From Bugula neritina (Eukaryota > Animalia > Bryozoa), in NCBI GenBank assembly GCA_964035545.1, contig CAXIUT010000183.1, positions 806,001 through 870,000 on the forward strand: 64,000 nucleotides of DNA, given 5' to 3'. The translations under genes were made by a program, and so were the position numbers. Shown here piece after piece: positions 27,806 through 43,400 of this stretch; within the stretch, counting starts at the first letter, position 1; each line of letters opens with the position of its first letter. The notes under the pieces are model-generated. The model searched no databases and was not told the DNA's origin. It was given only the letters and a program-made list of their open reading frames with translations.

Positions 27806-30800
27806 ATACTGAAATATACTGTAACACATTGAAAAATCCTGCAACAAACTGAAATATACTGTAACACACCGAAATATACTGCAACATACTGAAATACACT
27901 GTAACATACTGAAATATACTGCAACATACTGAAATACACTGCTACATACTGAAATATGCTGCAACATACTGCAACATACTGAAATACACTGTAACATACT
28001 GAAATAAACTGCAACACACTACAACATATTGAAATACACTGCAACACATTGAAATATACTGCAACACACCTAAATATACGGTAATATACTGAAATTCACT
28101 GTAACGCATCGAAAAATACCGCAACATACTGAAATATACTGCGACACATTGCAATATACTGTAACATATTGAAATATGCTGTAGCACACTGAAATACACT
28201 GCAACATCCTACAACATACTGAAATACACTGTAACATATTGAAATACACTGCAAGAAATTGAAATAGACTGCAACATAACAAAATATATGGTAAACTACT
28301 GAAATAGACTTTAACACATTGAAAAATACTGCAACATACAGAAATATACTGTAACACACTGAAATATACTGCAACATACTGAAATACACTGTAACATTCT
28401 GAAATATACTGCAACATACTGAAATACACTGCTACATACTGAAATATACTGCAACATACTGCAAAATACTGCAACATACTGAAATACACTGTAACATATT
28501 GAATTACACTGCAACACATTGAAATATACTGCAAGATACCAAAATATATGGTAAACAACTGAAATATACTTTAACACATTGAAAAATACTGCAACATACT
28601 GAAATATATTTTAACACATTGAAAAATACTGCAACATACTGAAATATACTGTAACACACTGAAGTACACTGCAACTGACTGAAATATACTGCAATATACA
28701 GAAATACACTGCAACATCCTACAAAATGCTGAAATACACTGTAACATATTGAAATACACTGCAACACATTGAAACATACTGCAACATACCGAAATATATA
28801 GTAAACTACTGAAATAAACTGTAACACATTGAAAAATACTGCAACATACTGAAATATACTGCAACATACCTAAATATACGGTAATATACTGAAATATACT
28901 ATAACACACCGAAATATACTGCAACATACTGAAATACACTGTAACATACCGAAATATACTGCAACATACTTAAATACACTGCTACATACTGCAACATACT
29001 GCAACATACTGCAACATACTGAAATACACTGTAACCTACTGAAATGAACTACAACATACTACAACATATTGAAATACACTGCAACACATTGAAATATACT
29101 GCTACATACCTAAAAATACCGCAACATACTGAAATATACTGCGACACATTGCAATATACTGTAACATATTGAAATATGCTGTAGCACACTGAAATACACT
29201 GCAACATCCTACAACATACTGAAATACACTGTAACATATTGAAATACACTGCAAGAAATTGAAATAGACTGCAACATAACACAATATATGGTAAACTACT
29301 GAAATAGACTTTAACACATTGAAAAATACTGCAACATACAGAAATATACTGTAACACACTGAAATATGCTGCAACATACTGAAATACACTGTAACATTCT
29401 GAAAAATACTGCAACATACTGAAATACACTGCTACATACTGAAATATACTGCAACATACTGCAAAATACTGCAACATACTGAAATACACTGTAACATATT
29501 GAAGTACACTGCAACACATTGAAATATACTGCAACATACCAAAATATATGGTAAACAACTGAAATATACTTTAACACATTGAAAAATACTGCAACATACT
29601 GAAATATACTGCGACACTTTGCAATATACTGTAACATACCGAAATATGCTCTAGCACACTGAAATACACTGCAACTCACTGAAATATACTGCAACATACT
29701 GAAATAGACTTTAACATATTGAAAAATACTGCAACATACTGAAATATACTGCGACACCTAGCAATATACTGTAACATACTGAAATATGCTCTAGCACACT
29801 GAAATACAATGCAACTTACTGAAATATACTGCAACATACTGAAGTACACTGCAACATCCTACAATATGCTGAAATACACTGTAACATATTGAAATACACT
29901 GCAACACTTTGAAATATACTGCAACATACCGAAATATGCTCCAGCACACTGAAATACACTGCAACTCACTGAAATATACTGCAACATACTGAAATACACT
30001 GTGACATCCTGAAATATACTGCAACATTCAGAAATACACTGCTACATACTGAAATATACTGCAACATACTGCAACATACTGAAATACACTGCAACATACT
30101 ACAACATACTGAAATACGCTGCAACACATTGAAATATACTGCAACATACCTAAATATACGGTAATATACCGAAATATACTGTAACGCATTGCAAAATACT
30201 GCAACATACTGAAATACACTGCAACATCCTACAATATGCTGAAATACACTGTAACATATTGAAATACACTGCAACACTTTGAAATATACTGCAACATACA
30301 GAAATATATGGTAAACTACTGCAACATACTACAACATATTGAAATACACTGCAACACATTGAAGTATACTGCAACATACCTAAATATACGGTAATATACT
30401 GAAATATACTGTAACACATTGAAAAATCCTGCAACATACTGAAATATACTGTAACACACCGAAATATACTGCAACATACTGAAATACACTGTAACATACT
30501 GAAATATACTGCAACATACTGAAATACACTGCTACATACTGAAATATGCTGCAACATACTGCAACATACTGAAATACACTGTAACATACTGAAATAAACT
30601 GCAACATACTACAACATATTGAAATACACTGCAACACATTGAAATATACTGCAACATACCTAAATGTACGGTAATATACTGAAATTCACTGTAACGCATT
30701 GCAAAATACTGCAACATACTGAAATTCACTGCGACACACTGAAATACGCTGCAAAATACTACAACATACTGAAATAAACTGTAACATATTGAAATACACT

Positions 30801-33800
30801 GCAACACATTGAAAAGTACTGTAACATAATGAAATATACTGTAACACACTGAAATATACTGCAACATACTGAAATACACTGTAACATACTGAAATATACT
30901 GCAACATACTGAAATATACTGCTACATACTGAAATATACTGCAACATACTGCAACATACTGCAATACACTGTAACATACTGAAATACACTGCAACATACT
31001 ACAACATATTGAAACACACTGCAACACATTGAAATACACTGCAACTTACCGAATATATGGTAAACTACTGAAATATACTGTAACGCATTGAAAAATACTG
31101 CAACATACTGAAATATATTGCGACACATTGCAATATACTGTAACATACTGAAAAATGCTGTAGCACACTGAAATATACTGCAATTCACTGAAATATACTG
31201 CAACATACTGAAATACACCGCAACATCCTACAACATACTGAAATACTTTGTAACATATTGAAATACACTGCAACACATTGAAATATACTGCAACATAACG
31301 AAATATATGGTAAACTACTGAAATATATTTTAACACATTGAAAAATACTGCAACATACTGAAATATATTTTAACACATTGAAAAATACTGCAACATACTG
31401 AAATATACTGTAACACACTGAAGTACACTGCAACTCACTGAAATATACTGCAATATACAGAAATACACTGCAACATCCTACAAAATGCTGAAATACACTG
31501 TAACATATTGAAATACACTGCAACACATTGAAAGATACTGCAACATACCGAAATATATAGTAAACTACTGAAATATACTGTAACACATTGAAAAATACTG
31601 CAACATACTGAAATATACTGCAACATACCTAAATATACGGTAATATACTGAAATATACTGTAACACACCGAAATATACTGCAACATACTGAAATACACTG
31701 TAACATACTGAAATATACTGCAACATACTGAAATACACTGCTACATACTGCAACATACTGCAACATACTGCAACATACTGAAATACACTGTAACATACTG
31801 AAATAAACTGCAACATACTACAACATATTGAAATACACTGCAACACATTGAAATATACTGCTACATACCTAAATATACGGTAATATACTGAAATATACTG
31901 TAACACATTGAAAAAACTGCAACATACTGAAATACACTGCAACGCACTGAAATGCACCGCAAAATACTACAACATGCTGAAATGCACTGTAACATATTGA
32001 AATCCACTGCAACACATTGAAATATACTGCAACATACTGAAATATATTGCGACACATTGCAATATACTGTAATATACTGAAAAATGCTGTAGCACACTGA
32101 AATATACTGCAATTCGCTGAAATATACTGCAACATACTGAAATACACCGCAACATCCTACAACATACTAAAATACACTGTAACATTTCGAAATACACTGC
32201 AACACATTGAATTATACTGAAACATAACGAAATATATGGTAAACTACTGAAATATATTTTAACAAATTGAAAAATACTGCAACATACTGAAATATACTGT
32301 AACACACTGAAGTATACTGCAACATACTGAAATACACTGTAACATACTGAAATATACTGCAACATACTGAAATACACTGCTACATACTGAAATATACTGC
32401 AACGTACTGCAACATACTGCAACATACTGAAATACACTGTAACATACTGAAATACACTGCAACATACTACCACATATTGAAATACACTGCAACACATTGA
32501 AATGTACTGCAACATACCGAAATATATGGTAAACTACTAAAATATACTGTAACACATTGAAATATACTGCAACATACCTAAATATACGGTAATATACTGA
32601 AATATACTGTAACACGTGGAAAAAACTGCAACATACTGAAATACGCTGCAACACACTGAAATACACCGCAAAATACCACAACATACTGAAATACACTGTG
32701 ACATATAGAAATACACTGCAACACATTGAAATATACTGCAACATACCGAAATATATGGTAAACTAATGAAATATACTGTAACACATTGAAAAATACCGCA
32801 ACATACTGAAAAATACTGTAACATATTGAAATATGCTGTAGCACACTGAAATACACTGCAACATCCTACAACATACTGAAATACACTGTAACATATTGAA
32901 ATACACTGCAAGAAATTGAAATAGACTGCAACATAACAAAATATATGGTAAACTACTGGAATAGACTTTAACACATTGAAAAATACTGCAACATACAGAA
33001 ATATACTGTAACACACTGAAATATACTGCAACATACTGAAATACACTGTAACATTCTGAAATATAATGCAACATACTGAAATACACTGCTACATACTGAA
33101 ATATACTGCAACATACTGCAAAATACTGCAACATACTGAAATACACTGTAACATATTGAAGTACACTGCAACACATTGAAATATACTGCAACATACCAAA
33201 ATATATCGTAAACAACTGAAATATACTTTAACACATTGAAAAATACTGCAACATACTGAAATATACTGCGACACTTTGCAATATACTGTAACATACCGAA
33301 ATATGCTCTAGCACACTGAAATACACTGCAACTCACTGAAATATACTGCAACATACTGAAATACACTGTGACATCCTGAAATATACTGCAACATTCTGAA
33401 ATACACTGCTACATACTGAAATACACTGCAACATACTGCAACATACTGAAATACACTGCAACATACTACAACATACTGAAATACGCTGCAACACATTGAA
33501 ATATACTGCAACATACCTAAATATACGGTAATATACCGAAATATACTGTAACGCATTGCAAAATACTGCAACATACTGAAATACACTGCGACACACTGAA
33601 ATACGCTGCAAAATACTACAACATACTGAAATAAACTGTAACATATTGAAATACACTGCAATACATTGAAAAATAATGCAATATACTGAAATATACTGTA
33701 ACACACTGAAATATACTGCAACATACTGAAATACACTGTAGCATACTGAAATATACTGCAACGTACTGAAATACACTGCTACATACTGAAATATACTGTA

Positions 33801-34749
33801 ACATACTGCAACATACTGAAATACACTGTAACATACTGAGATACACTGCCGCATACTGCAACATATTGAACTACACTGCAACACATTGAAATATATTGCA
33901 ACTTATCGAATATATGGAAAACTACTGAAATATACTGTAACGCATTGAAAAGACTGCAACATACTGAAATATATTGCGACACATTGCAATATACTGTAAT
34001 ATACTGAAAAATGCTGTAGCACACTGAAATATACTGCAATTCGCTGAAATATACTGCAACATACTGAAATACACCGCAACATCCTACAACATACTAAAAT
34101 ACACTGTAACATTTCGAAATACACTGCAACACATTGAATTATACTGAAACATAACGAAATATATGGTAAACTACTGAAATATATTTTAACAAATTGAAAA
34201 ATACTGCAACATACTGAAATATACTGTAACACACTGAAATATACTGCAACATACTGAAATACACTGTAACATACTGAAATATACTGCAACATACCGAAAT
34301 ATATGGTAAACTAATGAAATATACTGTAACACATTGAAAAATACCGCAACATACTGAAAAATACTGCGACACATTGCAATATACTGTAACATACTGAAAT
34401 ATACTGTAGCACACTGAAATACACTGCAACATCCTACAACATACTGAAATACACTGTAACATATTGAAATACACTGCAACACAATGAAATATACTGCAAC
34501 ATAACAAAATATATGGTAAACTACTGAAATAGACTTTAACACATTGAAAAATACTGCAACATACTGAAATATACTGTAACACACTGAAGTATACTGCACC
34601 ATACTGAAATACACTGTAACATACTGAAATATACTGCAACATACTGAAATACACTGCTACATACTGAAATATACTGCAACGTACTGCAACATACTCCAAC
34701 ATACTGAAATACACCGTAACATACTAAAATACACTGCAACATACTACCA

Positions 34750-37700
34750 CATATTGAAATACACTGCAACACATTGAAATGTACTTCAACATACCGAAAT
34801 ATAAGGTAAACTACTAAAATATGCTGTAACATATAGAAAAATACTGCAACATACTGAAATATACTGCGACACCTAGCAATATACTGTAACATACTGAAAT
34901 ATGCTCTAGCACACTGAAATACAATGCAACTTACTGAAATATACTGCAACATACTGAAGTACACTGCAACATCCTACAATATGCTGAAATACACTGTAAC
35001 ATATTGAATTACACTGCAACACTTTGAAATATACTGCAACATACCGAAATATATGGTAAACTACTGCAACATACTACAACATATTGAAATACACTGCAAC
35101 ACATTGAAGTATACTGCAACATACCTAAATATACGGTAATATACTGAAATATACTGTAACACATTGAAAAATCCTGCAACATACTGAAATATACTGTAAC
35201 ACACCGAAATATACTGCAACATACTGAAATACACTGTAACATACTGAAATATACTGCAACATACTGAAATACACTGCTACATACTGAAATATGCTGCAAC
35301 ATACTGCAACATACTGAAATACACTGTAACATACTGAAATAAACTGCAACATACTACAACATATTGAAATACACTGCAACACATTGAAATATACTGCAAC
35401 ATACCTAAATATACGGTAATATACTGAAATTCACTGTAACGCATTGCAAAATACTGCAACATACTGAAATTCACTGCGACACACTGAAATACGCTGCAAA
35501 ATACTACAACATACTGAAATAAACTGTAACATATTGAAATACACTGCAACAGATTGAAAAATACTGCAACATACTGAAATATGCTGCAACATACTGCAAC
35601 ATACTGAAATACACTGTAACATACTGAAATAAACTGCAACATACTACAACATATTGAAATACACTGCAACACATTGAAATATACTGCAACATAACGAAAT
35701 ATATGGTAAACTACTGAAATATATTTTAACACATTGAAAAATACTGCAACATACTGAAATATATTTTAACACATTGAAAAATACTGCAACATACTGAAAT
35801 ATACTGTAACACACTGAAGTATACTGCAACATACTGAAATACACTGTAACATACTGAAATATACTGCAACATACAGAAATACACTGCTACATACTGAAAT
35901 ATACTGCAACGTACTGCAACATACTCCAACATACTGAAATACACTGTACCATACTGAAATACACTGCAACATACTACCACATATTGAAATACACTGCAAC
36001 ACATTGAAATACACTGCAACTTACCGAATATATGGTAAACTACTGAAATATCCTGTAACGCATTGAAAAATACTGCAACATACTGAAATATATTGCGACA
36101 CATTGCAATATACTGTAACATACTGAAAAATGCTGTAGCACACTGAAATATACTGCAATTCACTGAAATATACTGCAACATACTGAAATACACCGCAACA
36201 TCCTACAACATACTGAAATACTTTGTAACATATTGAAATCACTGCAACACGTTGAAATATACTGCAACATAACGAAATATATGGTAAACTACTGAAATAT
36301 ATTTTAACACATCGAAAAATACTGCAACATACTGAAATATATTTTAACACATTGAAAAATACTGCAACATACTGAAATATACTGTAACACACTGAAGTAC
36401 ACTGCAACTCACTGAAATATACTGCAATATACAGAAATACACTGCAACATCCTACAAAATGCTGAAATACACTGTACCATATTGAAATACACTGCAACAT
36501 ACTACCACATATTGAAATACACTGCAACACATTGAAATGTACTTCAACATACCGAAATATAAGGTAAACTACTAAAATATGCTGTAACATATTGAAAAAT
36601 ACTGCAACATACTCAAATATACTGCGACACCTAGCAATATACTGTAACATACTGAAATATGCTCTAGCACACTGAAATACAATGCAACTTACTGAAATAT
36701 ACTGCAACATACTGAAGTACACTGCAACATCCTACAATATGCTGAAATACACTGTAACATATTGAATTACACTGCAACACTTTGAAATATACTGCAACAT
36801 ACCGAAATATATGGTAAACTACTGCAACATACTACAACATATTGAAATACACTGCAACACATTGAAGTATACTGCAACATACCTAAATATACGGTAATAT
36901 ACTGAAATATACTGTAACACATTGAAAAATCCTGCAACATACTGAAATATACTGTAACACACCGAAATATACTGCAACATACTGAAATACACTGTAACAT
37001 ACTGAAATATACTGCAACATACTGAAATACACTGCTACATACTGAAATATGCTGCAACATACTGCAACATACTGAAATACACTGTAACATACTGAAATAA
37101 ACTGCAACATACTACAACATATTGAAATACACTACAACACATTGAAATATACTGCAACATACCTAAATATACGGTAATATACTGAAATTCACTGTAACGC
37201 ATTGCAAAATACTGCAACATACTGAAGTTCACTGCGACACACTGAAATACGCTGCAAAATACTACAACATACTGAAATAAACTGTAACATATTGAAATAC
37301 ACTGCAACAGATTGAAAAATATTGCAACATACTGAAATATACTGTAACACACTGAAATATACTGCAACATACTGAAATACACTGTAACATACTGAAATAT
37401 ACTGCAACATACTGAAATACACTGCTACATACTGAAATATACTGCAACATACTGCAACATACTGCAATACACTGTAACATACTGAAATACACTGCAACAT
37501 ACTACAAAATATTGAAATACACTGCAACACATTGAAATACACTGCAACACATTGAAATATACTGCAACATAACGAAATATATGGTAAACTACTGAAATAT
37601 ATTTTAACACATTGAAAAATACTGCAACATACTGAAATATATTTTAACACATTGAAAAATACTGCAACATACTGAAATATACTGTAACACACTGAAGTAT

Positions 37701-40450
37701 ACTGCAACATACTGAAATACACTGTAACATACTGAAATATACTGCAACATACTGAAATACACTGCTACATACTGAAATATACTGCAACGTACTGCAACAT
37801 ACTCCAACATACTGAAATACACTGTACCATACTGAAATACACTGCAACATACTACCACATATTGAAATACACTGCAACACATTGAAATACACTGCAACTT
37901 ACCGAATATATGGTAAACTACTGAAATATACTGTAACGCATTGAAAAATACTGCAACATACTGAAATATATTGCGACACATTGCAATATACTGTAACATA
38001 CTGAAAAATGCTGTAGCACACTGAAATATACTGCAATTCACTGAAATATACTGCAACATACTGAAATACACCGCAACATCCTACAACATACTGAAATACT
38101 TTGTAACATATTGAAATACACTGCAACACGTTGAAATATACTGCAACATAACGAAATATATGGTAAACTACTGAAATATATTTTAACACATCGAAAAATA
38201 CTGCAACATACTGAAATATACTGTAACACACTGAAGTACACTGCAACTCACTGAAATATACTGCAATATACAGAAATACACTGCAACATCCTACAAAATG
38301 CTGAAATACACTGTACCATATTGAAATACACTGCAACATACTACCACATATTGAAATACACTGCAACACATTGAAATGTACTTCAACATACCGAAATATA
38401 AGGTAAACTACTAAAATATGCTGTAACATATTGAAAAATACTGCAACATACTGAAATATACTGCGACACCTAGCAATATACTGTAACATACTGAAATATG
38501 CTCTAGCACACTGAAATACAATGCAACTTACTGAAATATACTGCAACATACTGCAACATACTGAAATACACTGCAACATACTACAACATACTGAAATACG
38601 CTGCAACACATTGAAATATACTGCAACATACCTAAATATACGGTAATATACTGAAATTCACTGTAACGCATTGCAAAATACTGCAACATACTGAAATTCA
38701 CTGCGACACACTGAAATACGCTGCAAAATACTACAACATACTGAAATAAACTGTAACATATTGAAATACACTGCAACACATTGAAAAATACTGCAACATA
38801 CTGAAATATACTGTAACACACTGAAATATACTGCAACATACTGAAATACACTGTAACATACTGAAATATACTGCAACATACTGAAATACACTGCTACATA
38901 CTGAAATATACTGCAACATACTGCAACATACTGCAATACACTGTAACATACTGAAATACACTGCAACATACTACAACATATTGAAACACACTGCAACACA
39001 TTGAAATACACTGCAACTTACCGAATATATGGTAAACTACTGAAATATACTGTAACGCATTGAAAAATAGTGCAACATACTGAAATATATCGCGACACAT
39101 TGCAATATACTGTAACATACTGAAAAATGCTGTAGCACACTGAAATATACTGCAATTCACTGAAATATACTGCAACATACTGAAATACACCGCAACATCC
39201 TACAACATACTGAAATACTTTGTAACATATTGAAATACACTGCAACACATTGAAATATACTGCAACATAACGAAATATATGGTAAACTACTGAAATATAT
39301 TTTAACACACTGAAAAATACTGCAACATACTGAAATATATTTTAACACATTGAAAAATACTGCAACATACTGAAATATACTGTAACACACTGAAGTACAC
39401 TGCAACTCACTGAAATATACTGCAATATACAGAAATACACTGCAACATCCTACAAAATGCTGAAATACACTGTAACATATTGAAATACACTGCAACACAT
39501 TGAAATATACTGCAACATACCGAAATATATAGTAAACTACTGAAATATACTGTAACACATTGAAAAATACTGCAACATACTGAAATATACTGCAACATAC
39601 CTAAATATACGGTAATATACTGAAATATACTGTAACACACCGAAATATACTGCAACATACTGAAATACACTGTAACATACTGAAATACACTGCTACATAC
39701 TGCAACATACTGCAACATACTGCAACATACTGAAATACACTGTAACATACTGAAATACACTGCAACATACTACAAAATATTGAAATACACTGCAACACAT
39801 TGAAATACACTGCAACACATTGAAATATACTGCAACATAACGAAATATATGGTAAACTACTGAAATATATTTTAACACATTGAAAAATACTGCAACATAC
39901 TGAAATATATTTTAACACATTGAAAAATACTGCAACATACTGAAATATACTGTAACACACTGAAGTATACTGCAACATACTGAAATACACTGTAACATAC
40001 TGAAATATACTGCAACATACTCAAATACACTGCTACATACTGAAATATACTGCAACGTACTGCAACATACTCCAACATACTGAAATACACTGTACCATAC
40101 TGAAATACACTGCAACATACTACCACATATTGAAATACACTGCAACACATTGAAATACACTGCAACTTACCGAATATATGGTAAACTACTGAAATATACT
40201 GTAACGCATTGAAAAATACTGCAACATACTGAAATATATTGCGACACATTGCAATATACTGTAACATACTGAAAAATGCTGTAGCACACTGAAATATACT
40301 GCAATTCACTGAAATATACTGCAACATACTGAAATACACCGCAACATCCTACAACATACTGAAATACTTTGTAACATATTGAAATACACTGCAACACATT
40401 GAAATATACTGCAACATAACGAAATATATGGTAAACTACTGAAATATATT
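34750..40450. repeat. Variable-length local HOR cluster (offsets 1758, 1878 and 2268 bp)
   Basis: ORF matches 35009/36767, 35277/37035, 35726/37604/39872, 35766/37644/39912; private marker actgtaccata. Boundaries are approximate. Confidence 0.75.
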
Positions 40451-40456
40451 TTAACA

Positions 40457-43400
40457 CATTGAAAAATACTGCAACATACTGAAATATATTTTAACACATT
40501 GAAAAATACTGCAACATACTGAAATATACTGTAACACACTGAAGTACACTGCAACTGACTGAAATATACTGCAATATACAGAAATACACTGCAACATCCT
40601 ACAAAATGCTGAAATACACTGTAACATATTGAAATACACTGCAACACATTGAAACATACTGCAACATACCGAAATATATAGTAAACTACTGAAATAAACT
40701 GTAACACATTGAAAAATACTGCAACATACTGAAATATACTGCAACATACCTAAATATACGGTAATATACTGAAATATACTATAACACACCGAAATATACT
40801 GCAACATACTGAAATACACTGTAACATACTGAAATATACTGCAACATACTTAAACACACTGCTACATACTGCAACATACTGCAACATACTGCAACATACT
40901 GAAATACACTGTAACATACTGAAATAAACTGCAACATACTACAACATATTGAAATACACTGCAACACATTGAAATATACTGCTACATACCTAAATATACG
41001 GTAATATACTGAAATATACTGTAACACATTGAAAAAACTGCAACATACTGAAATACACTGCAACGCACTGAAATACACCGCAAAATGCTACAACATGCTG
41101 AAATACACTGTAACATATTGAAATCCACTGCAACACATTGAAATATACTGCAACATACCGAAATATATGGTAAACTAATGAAATATACTGTAACACATTG
41201 AAAAATACCGCAACATACTGAAATACACTGCAACACATTGAAATATACTGCTACATACCTAAATATACGGTAATATACTGAAATATACTGTAACGCATTG
41301 CAAAATACTGCAACATACTGAAATACACTGCGACACACTGAAATACGCTGCAAAATACTACAACATACTGAAATAAACTGTAACATATTGAAATACACTG
41401 CAATACATTGAAAAATAATGCAATATACTGAAATATACTGTAACACACTGAAATATACTGCAACATACTGAAATACACTGTAACATACTGAAATATACTG
41501 CAACGTACTGAAATACACTGCTACATACTGAAATATACTGTAACATACTGCAACATACTGAAATACACTGTAACATACTGAGATACACTGCCGCATACTG
41601 CAACATATTGAACTACACTGCAACACATTGAAATATATTGCAACTTATCGAATATATGGAAAACTACTGAAATATACTGTAACGCATTGAAAGAGACTGC
41701 AACATACTGAAATATATTGCGACACATTGCAATATACTGTAATATACTGAAAAATGCTGTAGCACACTGAAGTACACCGCAACATCCTACAACATACTAA
41801 AATACACTGTAACATTTCGAAATACACTGCAACACATTGAATTATACTGCAACATAACGAAATATATGGTAAACTACTGAAATATATTTTAACAAATTGA
41901 AAAATAGTGCAACATACTGAAATATACTGTAACACACTGAAGTATACTGCAACATACTGAAATACACTGTAACATACTGAAATATACTGCAACATACTAA
42001 AATACACTGCTACATACTGAAATATACTGCAACGTACTGCAACATACTGCAACATACTGAAATACACTGTAACATACTGAATTACACTGCAACATACTAC
42101 CACATATTGAAATACACTGCAACACATTGAAATGTACTACAACATACCGAAATATATGGTAAACTACTAAAATATACTGTAACAGATTGAAAAATACTGC
42201 AACATACTGAAATATACTGCGACACCTAGCAATATACTGTAACATACTGAAATATGCTCTAGCACACTGAAATACAATGCAACTTACTGAAATATACTGC
42301 AACATGCTGAAATACACTGCAACATCCTACAATATGCTGAAATACACAGTAACATATTGAAATACACTGCAACACTTTGAAATATACTGCAACATACCGA
42401 AATATATGGTAAACTACTGCAACATACTACAACATACTGAAATACACTGCAACACATAGAAATATACTGCGACATACCTAGATATACGGTAATATACTGA
42501 AATATACTGTAACACATTGAAAAATACCGCAACATACTGAAATATACTGCGACACATTGCAATATACTGTAACATATTGAAATATGCTGTAGCACACTGA
42601 AATACACTGCAACATCCTACAACATACTGAAATACACTGTAACATATTGAAATACACTGCAAGAAATTGAAATAGACTGCAACATAACAAAATATATGGT
42701 AAACTACTGAAATAGACTTTAACACATTGAAAAATACTGCAACATACATAAATATACTGTAACACACTGAAATATACTGCAACATACTGAAATACACTGT
42801 AACATTCTGAAATATACTGCAACATACTGAAATACACTGCTACATACTGAAATATACTGCAACATACTGCAAAATACTGCAACATACTGAAATACACTGT
42901 AACATATTGAAGTACACTGCAACACATTGAAATATACTGCAACATACCAAAATATATGGTAAACAACTGAAATATACTTTAACACATTGAAAAATACTGC
43001 AACATACTGAAATATACTGCGACACTTTGCAATATACTGTAACATACCGAAATATGCTCTAGCACACTGAAATACACTGCAACTCACTGAAATATACTGC
43101 AACATACTGAAATACACTGTGACATCCTGAAATATACTGCAACATTCTGAAATACACTGCTACATACTGAAATATACTGCAACATACTGCAACATACTGA
43201 AATACACTGCAACATACTACAACATACTGAAATACGCTGCAACACATTGAAATATACTGCAACATACCTAAATATACGGTAATATACTGAAATATACTGT
43301 AACGCATTGCAAAATACTGCAACATACTGAAATACACTGCGACACACTGAAATACGCTGCAAAATACTACAACATACTGAAATAAACTGTTATATATTGA

